Part shown: piece by piece, positions 32,409 to 41,984 of the stretch
How the letters are laid out: each line of letters starts with the position of its first letter
Position numbering within the stretch: the first letter of the stretch is position 1
From: Christensenellales bacterium
Lineage (GTDB): Bacteria; Bacillota; Clostridia; Christensenellales; SZUA-584
DNA: 64,000 bases
Direction: 5' to 3'
Assembly (NCBI GenBank): GCA_040768905.1
Contig: JAXGMA010000001.1
Location: forward strand, 723,806-787,805
Translations under genes and position numbers: made by a program
Notes under the pieces: generated by a model
Databases searched by the model: none
Told to the model about the DNA's origin: nothing
Seen by the model: only the letters and a program-made list of their open reading frames with translations

Positions 32409-33503
32409 ATGGTGGCCGAATCGGCATATGCCGCAAAGGCACCATGCGCATCGCAAATGGAAAAGAGAAAAGCTGCAGTTTTGTACGGCCCGAAAGACAT
32501 CAGGATAGAAATGATCGATATGCCCAAGATAGGCGAACATGATGTGCTTGTCAAGGTCAGAAGCGTGGGCATCTGCGGATCAGACCTGCACTATTATAAA
32601 GATTTCAAGATGGGCAAAGATGTCGTCACTGGCCCCCATATACTTGGGCATGAGTGTGCCGGAGATATTATGGAAGTCGGGAGTGCAGTAAAAAACAGAA
32701 AACCTGGCGACAGGGTCGCAGTTGAACCTGGCGTTCCGTGTTTTCATTGTGAGTATTGCCTGACCGGAAGATATAACCTGTGCGCAAATATGGTATTTCG
32801 TTCTCACCCTATGACTGAAGGCGCTTTGACTGAATATCTGGTGACTCCGGCAGCAATGACATTCCTGATGGATGATTCTATGAGCTATGACTGCGGAGCC
32901 ATGATAGAGCCTTTGTCGGTGGGGGTGCATGCCTTGCAGCGCGGCACTGTGAAGATGTGTGATAAAATAGCCATTTTCGGATGCGGCACGATTGGCCTTT
33001 GCACTTTGATGGCGGCAAAAGCCATGGGCGTATCCAAAGTGTATATGTGCGATATAAACAGTTTTCGTATCAATCTGGCCAAAGAATACGGTGCAGATAT
33101 CGTCATTGACTCCAGCCAGAGTGATTTTTATAAGACTGTCATGGATGCCACACAGGGCTTTGGCGTTGACGGGGTTTTTGATACTGTTGCCAACGATTTC
33201 ACACTTTCAAATTGCACAAGGATCTCAAAAAGAGGCGGCGTGGTGACGCATATCGCGATGTACAAGGATCCTATTGCACCGCTTAACATGTATGATCTGA
33301 TTGATAAGGAAATGGATTTCAGAGGAATATTCAGATATGCCAACACCTATAAGCTTGCGGTTGAGCTTGAGTCAAACGGCCAGACTGATCTTCAAAAGCT
33401 GATCACGCATACATTCCCTGTGGATGACATCAAAAACGCAATGGAAATGGCGCTTTGCAATCTCGGGACAAAAGATGTAATGAAAGTTGTTGTCAGATTT
33501 TAA
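32409..33503 (+). CDS. Zinc MDR dehydrogenase, sorbitol/xylitol (L-iditol 2-) dehydrogenase-like
   Basis: GICGSDLHYY, GHECAG, structural zinc CFHCEYCLTGRYNLC, EPLSVGVHA, GCGTIG. Confidence 0.85.
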   Translation: MVAESAYAAKAPCASQMEKRKAAVLYGPKDIRIEMIDMPKIGEHDVLVKVRSVGICGSDLHYYKDFKMGKDVVTGPHILGHECAGDIMEVGSAVKNRKPGDRVAVEPGVPCFHCEYCLTGRYNLCANMVFRSHPMTEGALTEYLVTPAAMTFLMDDSMSYDCGAMIEPLSVGVHALQRGTVKMCDKIAIFGCGTIGLCTLMAAKAMGVSKVYMCDINSFRINLAKEYGADIVIDSSQSDFYKTVMDATQGFGVDGVFDTVANDFTLSNCTRISKRGGVVTHIAMYKDPIAPLNMYDLIDKEMDFRGIFRYANTYKLAVELESNGQTDLQKLITHTFPVDDIKNAMEMALCNLGTKDVMKVVVRF

Positions 33504-33586
33504 ACGGCTCATGCTTTAAGTGCCATCATCAAAAAAACAAAGCAGTCAATGCTTTAATAAAATTTGAAAAGAGACGGTAGTACAGT

Positions 33587-34633
33587 ATGAAGGTAGCATA
33601 TTATTATGGAATCGGCGATATCAGGATGGAAGAGAAAAAAGTACCGGATATCAAGGAAAATGAGATTCTCATTAAGGTGAGGGCCTGCGCGGTATGCGGA
33701 ACTGATTTGAGGATCTTCAAATTCGGCCATTTCAAGATTCCGCAAGGCACAAAAAGAGTTCTCGGGCATGAGATAGCAGGTGAGATAGCTGCTGTCGGCA
33801 CAAATGTTAAAGGGTATAAAGTTGGAGAGAAGGTGGCCGTCCCGCCGAACATAGGGTGCGGCAAGTGCCGCGAATGCATGAAAGGCAAAAACCAACTATG
33901 CGCGCAATACGAAGCATTTGGCATCAGCCTGGACGGCGGTTTCCAGGAATATATGGTTGTTCCCGATTTTGCCGTCGCGTCAGGCGCAGTCTTCTCTGTG
34001 CCGGAAGGTTTATCATTTGAAGAGGCCGCGCTGGCCGAATCATTTTCATGTGTTTACAACGCCTTTGATTCGCTCAAGACTTCTCCGGGAGACACTGTAC
34101 TTGTCATCGGTGCCGGCCCGATCGGGAACATGCATGTCATTATCAACAAGCTGGCCGGAGCAACAAAAATCATGGTTGCCGATATCAATATGAAAAGGCT
34201 GGAGGAGTCAGAAAAATTCGGAGCAGACGTTATCATTGATACTTCAAAGCAAGATATTGTAGAGATGGTCAAACAAAATACAGACGGGCTTGGTGCGGAC
34301 GTTGTGATTACGGCCTGTTCAGTACCCGATTTGCAGGCAACTGCGCTTGAACTGGCAGCGACTTGCGGCAGGATCAATTTCTTTGGCGGGCTGCCCTTAG
34401 GGAAAGAATACGTGACATTGAATACAAATCTTATCCACTATAAGGAGCTGAGCGTACTTGCAACAACAGGGTCAAGCAAAGATGACTTTTATAAGACGCT
34501 GCACATACTTGCATCTGGCAGAATCAGCTTAAAGCCTTTGATCAGCCATAGATACAAAATAGAAAATATCAATGAAGCCTTTAAAATGGCTGCGTCGGGA
34601 GACGCGATGAAAGTATTTGTGGTCAATGAATAA
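33587..34633 (+). CDS. Zinc MDR dehydrogenase (paralogue 2)
   Basis: CAVCGTDL, GHEIAGE, CGKCRECMKGKNQLC, GAGPIG. Confidence 0.8.
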   Translation: MKVAYYYGIGDIRMEEKKVPDIKENEILIKVRACAVCGTDLRIFKFGHFKIPQGTKRVLGHEIAGEIAAVGTNVKGYKVGEKVAVPPNIGCGKCRECMKGKNQLCAQYEAFGISLDGGFQEYMVVPDFAVASGAVFSVPEGLSFEEAALAESFSCVYNAFDSLKTSPGDTVLVIGAGPIGNMHVIINKLAGATKIMVADINMKRLEESEKFGADVIIDTSKQDIVEMVKQNTDGLGADVVITACSVPDLQATALELAATCGRINFFGGLPLGKEYVTLNTNLIHYKELSVLATTGSSKDDFYKTLHILASGRISLKPLISHRYKIENINEAFKMAASGDAMKVFVVNE

Positions 34634-34659
34634 AAAACAAGAGAGGAACAGCCAAATAT

Positions 34660-35721
34660 ATGGGTTCATCTATGGAAGCTGCTGTGCTTTATGCACCGGG
34701 CGATCTAAGGGTAGAAAAAGTTCAATTCAATAAAGAGCCAGACAGTAACGAAGTTTTGGTTGAAGTCAAGGCTGCCGGTATATGCGGTTCAGATACCGAC
34801 AGGATAATGAAAACAGGGACTTACAGCTTTCCGACCATACCCGGCCATGAGTTTTGCGGTGTGATAAGCAAAGCAGGTGACAGCGTCGAGGGGTTTAAAC
34901 AAGGGGACAGGGTTGTCGTGATCCCTATTTTGCCGTGTTTTGCGTGTGATTCGTGCCAAAAAGGCAACTACGGGCAGTGCATTACCTATGATTACATGGG
35001 CTCGAGATCGGACGGCGGCTTTGCGCAGCACATCAAAGTCAAGCCGAAAAATCTCATTCATTTACCTGATAATGTCTCCTTCATTGAGGGCGCAATGATA
35101 GAGCCCGCGGCTGTGACGCTTCACGGTATTCGTAAAATTCCCATCAAGGCGGGTGACACCACAGCCGTTTTGGGATGCGGTACTTTAGGGCTGCTCGCTA
35201 TTCAGTTTATAAAAATCCTCGGCGCCACTAAAGTGATCGCAGCTGATATCGATAAAGACAAATTAAAGCTCGCCAAAGAACTGGGCGCAGATACTATCAT
35301 TGATGCATCCAAAGTGGACTCAGCAGAAGAAATCATGCGGATCACAGGCGGAAAAGGCGTAGAAGCAGTGGTCGAGACAGCAGGATTGTCACTGACTCAG
35401 GAACAGTGCATAAGGGCTGCAGCCAAGCAAGGCAGGATACTGTATCTTGGCTCATCGCATAAGGATGTTGTCATACCGCCAAAGACATTTGAGCTAATTA
35501 TCAGGAACGAGCTTAAGATCGCAGGCTCATGGAACTCATATTCTGCACCATTCCCGGGTGTTGATTGGCTGGCGACTCTTGGCTATGTAAAAGACGGCAG
35601 GTTAAAGCTCGAACCTCTGATGTCCCATCAGTGCAGTTTGAAGCAGCTGCCGGAAATGATAAAGAAAATGTATGAAAGGAAGATAAATTTCAACAAGATA
35701 TTGGTTATAATGAGTAAATAA
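34660..35721 (+). CDS. Zinc MDR dehydrogenase, galactitol-1-phosphate 5-dehydrogenase (GatD)-like
   Basis: GICGSDTDR, GHEFCGV, CFACDSCQKGNYGQC, and YMGSRSDGGFAQ, which resembles the GatD segment FIGSRRDGGFAE. Confidence 0.78.
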   Translation: MGSSMEAAVLYAPGDLRVEKVQFNKEPDSNEVLVEVKAAGICGSDTDRIMKTGTYSFPTIPGHEFCGVISKAGDSVEGFKQGDRVVVIPILPCFACDSCQKGNYGQCITYDYMGSRSDGGFAQHIKVKPKNLIHLPDNVSFIEGAMIEPAAVTLHGIRKIPIKAGDTTAVLGCGTLGLLAIQFIKILGATKVIAADIDKDKLKLAKELGADTIIDASKVDSAEEIMRITGGKGVEAVVETAGLSLTQEQCIRAAAKQGRILYLGSSHKDVVIPPKTFELIIRNELKIAGSWNSYSAPFPGVDWLATLGYVKDGRLKLEPLMSHQCSLKQLPEMIKKMYERKINFNKILVIMSK

Positions 35722-35885
35722 TCTATAATAAAAGCATCGGGTGTATTTCTGTTTTTTGAAACATAGCTGAGTGCCTCGTATCTTGTTCGAGGATAATGCA
35801 GACGGCAAAGCCATCAGCTATGGCGAGAAGAAGGAGATTTGCCCCAAAATGTCTTTTGACAAATAAAAAATATAAGGAGTCATTT

Positions 35886-37406
35886 ATGCAGACAAAGCTT
35901 ATGATGGCCGTAGATCTTGGGACCAGCTTTATTAAGGTGGGTGTATACGACACACAAGGCAACTGTCTGGTGATTACTTCGGAGCCCGTAAAAGAACATT
36001 GCCCCAAACCCGGTATCTATATTCAGTATGGCGATGAAATATTTACTTCTGTACTGGCAAGCATAAACAGCGCGGCAGCAGAGCTTGGTGAAAGATCCGG
36101 CAATGTTGAAGCGATTTCGTTTACAGGTCAGATGGCAGGCTTCATGGGTGTCGACAAAGACTGGAACGACATCACAACATGGTCTTGCTCTCTGGATGGC
36201 AGATATTTGCCTTTCATTGACAGAATGATGCAAGAACATGCCGACCTTTTTTTAGAAGAGGCGGGCACAAACTCGCCGGTCATGGCCCCGAAGATCAAAT
36301 GGTTCGAGCATGACTTTCCCGAAGAATCAAAGAAAATCGCAAAATACTGCATGATCAGCAGCTATGTCCTTGGAAGATTGGGCGCTGTGCCTATTGAAGA
36401 GGCTTCCATCAACAGGTCATATCTTGAATGGACGGGACTCTCAGACATAAGGAATGATAAGTGGTCCGAAAAAGTGTGCAGTGCTTTGTCGATCGATAAA
36501 AATACGCTTCCCAAAATTGTTCAATCGTATGATATTTGCGGGCACTTATCCGCTGAAATGGCGGGCAAGATAGGTTTGAAAAGCGGCATTCCGCTTATCT
36601 CAGGCTGTGGAGACAAGCCCGCGGGATGCCTCGGGGCGGCTGTCGTTGAACCCGGGGAGGTCATACTTGAAGCGGCTTCCTATGCCGGGATGAGCTGCTG
36701 TGTGGAAAGCTATAAACCCGATTATGACAGCCGGCGCGTCGATCTGATCCCTTCTGCCATACCCGGAGAATTCTATATGCACAATTTTCTTGCAGGGTCA
36801 GGCATCACTTTAAAGTGGTTTATTGATAATTTTGCTGCAGATACCGGCCAGCCGTCCGAAGCTTTTCGTATCATTGAAAACAACATTGCAGGTATTGAAC
36901 CGGGCTCAGACGGGTTGCTTGCTATCGGCATGCTTGGCGGTAGGGCCATGCCTTTTGACGGAAACATCAGAGGCATGTGGATGAATTTCAACTGGACGCA
37001 TAAAAAAGAGCATTTCTACAGGGCATTGCTGGAATCATACTCGTATGAATTTGCTCTGACGCTCGATACATTAGACAAGCTATACACAGAATATGCCTTT
37101 AACAATGTGAAAATCATCGGCGGAGGTGCAAAATCTGTGATTTGGAACCAAATGAATGCTGATGTATGCAGGAGAACCTTCTCGACGCTGAACAGAAGCG
37201 ATGTTGCGCTTTGGGGCGCTTCGATCATTGCAGGAAAAGCGGTCGGCATTTTCGATGATATGAAAAAGACGGCAAGAGAACATGTGAAGGTGCTTAAAGA
37301 TTATAAACCCGACCCTGATATGTATACTAAATATGAAAAATTTATGAAGACATATGCGCAATATATCGTTTCGTTGAGCGGTCATTTTAAAAACCTTAAC
37401 AAATAA
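35886..37406 (+). CDS. FGGY-family carbohydrate kinase (xylulokinase-like)
   Basis: MAVDLGTSFIKVGVYD N-terminus, IIGGGAKSVIWNQMNADV C-terminal motif. ATG 35886 is preceded by AAGGAG; the track ORF starts at 35796. Confidence 0.85.
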   Translation: MQTKLMMAVDLGTSFIKVGVYDTQGNCLVITSEPVKEHCPKPGIYIQYGDEIFTSVLASINSAAAELGERSGNVEAISFTGQMAGFMGVDKDWNDITTWSCSLDGRYLPFIDRMMQEHADLFLEEAGTNSPVMAPKIKWFEHDFPEESKKIAKYCMISSYVLGRLGAVPIEEASINRSYLEWTGLSDIRNDKWSEKVCSALSIDKNTLPKIVQSYDICGHLSAEMAGKIGLKSGIPLISGCGDKPAGCLGAAVVEPGEVILEAASYAGMSCCVESYKPDYDSRRVDLIPSAIPGEFYMHNFLAGSGITLKWFIDNFAADTGQPSEAFRIIENNIAGIEPGSDGLLAIGMLGGRAMPFDGNIRGMWMNFNWTHKKEHFYRALLESYSYEFALTLDTLDKLYTEYAFNNVKIIGGGAKSVIWNQMNADVCRRTFSTLNRSDVALWGASIIAGKAVGIFDDMKKTAREHVKVLKDYKPDPDMYTKYEKFMKTYAQYIVSLSGHFKNLNK

Positions 37407-37469
37407 GTAAGTGTAATAAACAATCATGGCTACGCCAAATTTAATTTATTTTAAGCGGAGGGAAGAGTG

Positions 37470-38492
37470 ATGAAACAGGCAGTAATGATAGAACCGGGGA
37501 AAATAGAATTTCGAGATGTCGATATTCCGAAAATCAATCCGGATGAAGTATTGATCAAGACACATCGCATCGGCATATGCGGTTCGGATATCCATGTTTA
37601 TCACGGCAAGCATCCGTACACCTCTTATCCGATCGTTCAGGGCCACGAGATCTCGGGCGAAATCGCCAAAGTCGGTGAAAATGTGCAAGGCCTTAAAGAA
37701 GGAGACCTAGTGACGGTCATGCCTCAGGTTGTGTGCGGAGAATGTTACCCTTGTCTTCACGATCAGTATCATATTTGCGATAATTTAAAAGTACTGGGGT
37801 TTCAAACGACGGGCACGGCTTCAGAGTATTTCAAGATCAATGCAGCCAGCGTGCTGAAGACTGACAGTATCACAGACTTAAATGATATCGCCTTTATCGA
37901 ACCCGTCGCTGTGGCCGTCCACGCGCTTGGTAGGCTGGGCGATATAAGCGGTAAAAAAATACTGGTTCTCGGCGCGGGACCGATCGGCAATCTGATCGGG
38001 CAGGCAGCAAAAGCATTGGGTGCACAGCAGGTAATGATCACTGATGTAAGCGATTTTCGTCTGGAGCTGGCAGCAAAATGCAATATAGACCATTGCATCA
38101 ACACACAAAAGGTTGATTTGGGCTCCGCGCTGGTTGAAAAATTCGGCCATGACAAAGCAGACTGCATTTTAGACTGCGCCGGTGTCAGCGCATCCATTGA
38201 TGCAGCCATCAGCAACGCAAGAAAAGGCTCCGATATTGTTGTTGTCGCGGTGTTTTCAAAAAAGGAAAGCGTCGATCTTGGGCTTATACAAGACAGGGAG
38301 CTTCGGCTGATCGGTACGCTGATGTACAAAAAAGAGGATTTTTTGAAAGCCATCGATATCATTGCAAAAAAACAAATCAACATCGGGATCCTCGTGACCA
38401 ATACATTTGGCTTTGATGAGTTTTCTGATGCTTATGAATTTATTGAAAAACAAAAAGATCAGGCGATGAAAATCATAGTTCAATTAGATTAA
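37470..38492 (+). CDS. Zinc MDR dehydrogenase (paralogue 4, YdjJ/threonine-DH-like)
   Basis: GICGSDIHVY, GHEISGE, CGECYPCLHDQYHIC, GAGPIG; RBS GGAGGG. Confidence 0.8.
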   Translation: MKQAVMIEPGKIEFRDVDIPKINPDEVLIKTHRIGICGSDIHVYHGKHPYTSYPIVQGHEISGEIAKVGENVQGLKEGDLVTVMPQVVCGECYPCLHDQYHICDNLKVLGFQTTGTASEYFKINAASVLKTDSITDLNDIAFIEPVAVAVHALGRLGDISGKKILVLGAGPIGNLIGQAAKALGAQQVMITDVSDFRLELAAKCNIDHCINTQKVDLGSALVEKFGHDKADCILDCAGVSASIDAAISNARKGSDIVVVAVFSKKESVDLGLIQDRELRLIGTLMYKKEDFLKAIDIIAKKQINIGILVTNTFGFDEFSDAYEFIEKQKDQAMKIIVQLD

Positions 38493-38510
38493 TACATAGG
38501 GGGGGATATA

Positions 38511-39935
38511 ATGAGGAATGTCAAAGTCGGGTTGGTCGGTTTGTTTCACAGGAACGCCCGGGGTGACGACGAGGCTTTCGACCGCATTGTTCTTGAGCTC
38601 GAAGCCTTGTCAAAACAAAAGGGATTCGATTTTTTCCCTGTGAGAGAAAAGGTTTACAGCTACGACGACGGTATTAAGGCAGTCAACACGCTGAATGATG
38701 CGGGAGTGGATTTCACACTGATGCTCTCTGCAAGCGTCACGATCGGAAATGCTGTGATTCCGTTCGGGAATTTGAACAGTTATATCGGGATCTGGTCGAT
38801 CCCTGAGGGCACACAGGAAGGCTTTTTGCCGTTGAATTCTTTTTGCGGTTCCATGATATTTGCAGGGGTGCTTGGCACTTACCTCAAAGACAAAAATATT
38901 CAATTCAAGTGGTTCTATGGGTATACGGACAATCCGCTTTTTATAGAAAGGTTCGAGATCACGCTGAAAGCCATCAAAGCGATTCTGCTGCTTAAACACA
39001 GCAGAGTCGGCTGTGTTGGCCCTTTGGTGGAAGGCTTTGATTATTTAGCTGTCAATGAAGCACAGATCTACAAGCTGTACGGGACATACACAGGCAGGCT
39101 GCACTCAGTCGAAGAGATCATCAAGAGGGCAAAGGCTTACGCACACAGCAATGTGAAAAGCGAATTAGACCTGATACATGAGGAAGGCGCATCAACAAAA
39201 AGCGTCAGCGATGAATCGATGGACAAAATGGCGCGTTTATCTCTGGCGCTCAAAGACTTTGCCAACGAAAACAGTTACAATGCACTGGCGATCAGCTGCT
39301 GGACGAGACTGCGTGAAGAATACGGCATGGTGCCATGTGCTGTTATCAGCAGATTAAACAATCAGGGGCTTATCGCTGCCTGCGAAGCCGATTTTGACGG
39401 TGCAATCGGTATGCTGATAGAATCTTCTTTTGGCGGCCAGCCGTCATCGCTCGTTGACCTCGTGAGCCTTGATGAACAGGACATGTCGATGAATATTTGG
39501 CATTGCGGGCCGGCGCCCAAATGTATGGCCGATGAAAAGGGCATCAAATGGGATGAGCATTTTAATATGGGTTGTTACGATAAGAACGGCGCATGGTGCG
39601 GATGCGGCGCGGTCGCCGACCTGCAGTTCAAAATGGGAAAGGTGACTGTCAGCCGTCTGTCAAGCAAAGCGGAGGAAGCTGTGGTCTTTACAGCAGACAT
39701 GATCGACAAAATTGCGTATCAGGGTTCTTCCGGCTGGATCAAAAACTTCAAGATGCAGGGCAAGAAGCTCGATCTTAAAGAATTGCTTTCAGTGATATAC
39801 AATTACAGAGTTGACCATCATATGACTTTCGGCTACGGCGACAATGAGGACGCATACCTGGAGTTTGCCAACTGGAAGAAGCTGAAGATAGCAGCAGCAA
39901 GCCAGTATGCGCCGTATTTACAAAGCCGCGGGTAA
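38511..39935 (+). CDS. Sugar isomerase of the L-fucose/L-arabinose isomerase superfamily (specificity unknown)
   Basis: 474 aa. The overall pattern (CWTRLREEYGMVPCAVISRLNNQGLIAACEADFDGAI ... WHCGPAP) recalls FucI/AraA-like (COG2407-type) proteins. The assignment is from memory of the family, not a search. Confidence 0.55.
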   Translation: MRNVKVGLVGLFHRNARGDDEAFDRIVLELEALSKQKGFDFFPVREKVYSYDDGIKAVNTLNDAGVDFTLMLSASVTIGNAVIPFGNLNSYIGIWSIPEGTQEGFLPLNSFCGSMIFAGVLGTYLKDKNIQFKWFYGYTDNPLFIERFEITLKAIKAILLLKHSRVGCVGPLVEGFDYLAVNEAQIYKLYGTYTGRLHSVEEIIKRAKAYAHSNVKSELDLIHEEGASTKSVSDESMDKMARLSLALKDFANENSYNALAISCWTRLREEYGMVPCAVISRLNNQGLIAACEADFDGAIGMLIESSFGGQPSSLVDLVSLDEQDMSMNIWHCGPAPKCMADEKGIKWDEHFNMGCYDKNGAWCGCGAVADLQFKMGKVTVSRLSSKAEEAVVFTADMIDKIAYQGSSGWIKNFKMQGKKLDLKELLSVIYNYRVDHHMTFGYGDNEDAYLEFANWKKLKIAAASQYAPYLQSRG

Positions 39936-40014
39936 AAAAGCAGCATAGAAAATACAACATAAACTAAAAAACAAAAATAAAAAACAAAAAACAAAAAACA
40001 AGAGGGAGATGTTC

Positions 40015-40884
40015 ATGAATAAAGTAGGGATATATTTTGCATTCTGGACCCATGATTGGACTGCGGATTATATGTTATATCTGGATAAGGTTTCAAGGCT
40101 CGGCTTTGATATCTTAGAGGTCGGCTCGGGTGCCGTATTGGAGATGCCAAAACATAAACAGAGGGATCTTAAAAAGGCAGCGCAGGATAAAGGCGTTGAG
40201 CTGACATACTGTATTGGTTTTACGGCAGACAAGGACATGGCTTCTGAGGATGAGACAGTGCGGCGAAATGGCATCGAATACGCAAAAAAGACGATCGAAA
40301 TGATCGGTTTTATGGAAGGTAAAGTATTCGGCGGCATCAATTATTCTTCATGGCCCGGCGTCCTCAATGAAGGCATTCGGGATAAAAGGCCATATCTTGA
40401 CCGCAGTATCGCCGGCATAAAAGAAGTCATCAAAACGGCTGAAGACTGCGGCGTACTGTATTGCCTTGAAGTCGTGAACCGCTTTGAACAGTATTTGATA
40501 AATACTGCGGCCGAGGGCGTCGCCTATATAGATGAAGTCGGAAGTCCTAATTTAAAACTGCTGCTTGATGTTTTTCATATGAATATTGAGGAAGATGATA
40601 TGACGCAGGCCATCATCACTGCCGGAGACAAACTTGGGCATTTTCATATTGGCGAAACAAACAGAAGGCCTCCCGGACAGGGCAGGATGCCATGGAAAGA
40701 GATTTTCGGAGCATTGAAATCCATTGGATACAGCGGCAGGATTGTCATGGAGCCGTTTGTCATGATGGGCGGCGAAGTGGGAAGAGATATCAAAGTATGG
40801 AGAGAGCTTAATCCGGAAAAGAGTGAAGAACTGCTTGACGCACAAGCAAAAGAAGCGCTGTCGTTTGTTAGAAGCATGATATAA
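40015..40884 (+). CDS. Ketose 3-epimerase (D-psicose/D-tagatose 3-epimerase family)
   Basis: Collinear resemblance to Clostridium cellulolyticum D-psicose 3-epimerase. All four metal/catalytic motifs are conserved: CLEVVNRFE, LDVFHMNIEE, HFHIGETNR, IVMEPF. ATG 40015 is better spaced to GGGAG than ATG 40009. Confidence 0.85.
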   Translation: MNKVGIYFAFWTHDWTADYMLYLDKVSRLGFDILEVGSGAVLEMPKHKQRDLKKAAQDKGVELTYCIGFTADKDMASEDETVRRNGIEYAKKTIEMIGFMEGKVFGGINYSSWPGVLNEGIRDKRPYLDRSIAGIKEVIKTAEDCGVLYCLEVVNRFEQYLINTAAEGVAYIDEVGSPNLKLLLDVFHMNIEEDDMTQAIITAGDKLGHFHIGETNRRPPGQGRMPWKEIFGALKSIGYSGRIVMEPFVMMGGEVGRDIKVWRELNPEKSEELLDAQAKEALSFVRSMI

Positions 40885-40909
40885 AATTATGAACAAGGTG
40901 ACACAAATA

Positions 40910-40936
40910 AGCCGGAGAAGCAGTGCTTCTCCGGCT
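40910..40936. terminator. Bidirectional hairpin between the convergent epimerase and DeoR genes
   Basis: AGCCGGAGAAGC / GCTTCTCCGGCT near-perfect 12-bp stem with A/T-rich flanks on both sides. Confidence 0.6.
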
Positions 40937-40971
40937 AATTATATGTGATTTGTTCAGAACGGGAAACCGAG

Positions 40972-41772
40972 CTATTTCTGGGTATTTTTTGCGATCACGA
41001 CGTTGATATCAATATTTTCAAGTTCTTCAAGCATATCTTTTTGGATCTTTGAATCAGTGATCATCACATCGATGGCACTTAATTCTGAAAAACGTACGAA
41101 TGAAGTTTTTCCGAATTTACTGCTGTCTGTCAGTAAAAAGATTTCATTGGCCATAGACAGATAAAACTCTTTCACCTTAGCCAGATCTATATTGGGCGTT
41201 GTGAGGCCTTGTGAGACGGTAATCCCATTTGCGGCTATGAAGGCTTTATCAACATGCAATCCCTCTAAAGAAGCCAAGGTTCTTGCGCCTACAGTACAAT
41301 GAAACCCTTTTCTTAATATACCCCCAGCCAAAATGATGCTGACAGAAGGCTCTCTTTCCAGATAAAAAGCGGTTTGAAGATCGTTAGTAACGACAGTCAA
41401 GTTGTTTCTTTGCTTTAATAATTTTGAAAACTCGAAGATGGTGGTTCCCGTGTCAAGTATGATGGTATCGCCGTTTCTGACATAATCAAGGGCACACGCG
41501 GCGATCTCTTTTTTTTCATTGACATGCGAAATTTCCTTCTCAAAGGAATTTGGTTCAAAGTTGGCCTGCTCTTTATTTTGTATCGCACCGCCGTGTGTGC
41601 GTTTGATAAGACCCATGGATTCTAAGTCACGAAGATCATTCCGGATGGTGGCGGGAGAAACATTAAACAAATCACATAATTGCGGCACAGTGACTTTGCT
41701 GTTTTTATTGATTGTGCTGACGATCAAATTCTTTCTTTCTTCAGCGAATATCCCGATTGGCTGTTCTTCCAT
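40972..41772 (-). CDS. DeoR/GlpR family transcriptional regulator
   Basis: N-terminal HTH (VTVPQLCDLFNVSPATIRNDLRDLESMGLIKRTHGG) and a C-terminal DeoR sugar-phosphate sensor domain. Confidence 0.88.
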   Translation of the reverse strand: MEEQPIGIFAEERKNLIVSTINKNSKVTVPQLCDLFNVSPATIRNDLRDLESMGLIKRTHGGAIQNKEQANFEPNSFEKEISHVNEKKEIAACALDYVRNGDTIILDTGTTIFEFSKLLKQRNNLTVVTNDLQTAFYLEREPSVSIILAGGILRKGFHCTVGARTLASLEGLHVDKAFIAANGITVSQGLTTPNIDLAKVKEFYLSMANEIFLLTDSSKFGKTSFVRFSELSAIDVMITDSKIQKDMLEELENIDINVVIAKNTQK

Positions 41773-41984
41773 AAGACAAAGACACTCCGTTTTTTTTAAC
41801 TATAATAACATATTTTATCTGAGTCTACAACTAGATTATGCATATATTAATAACAATCAACACTAAACACTAAAAAACAAAAACAGCAATGCGTTAATAG
41901 CAAAGTATGATAAAGAAAATGAAGTCAGGCAGAAACCATCATGCCCCAAAGTGAAAAAAAGAACAACGCAATTATGTTGAGCAG

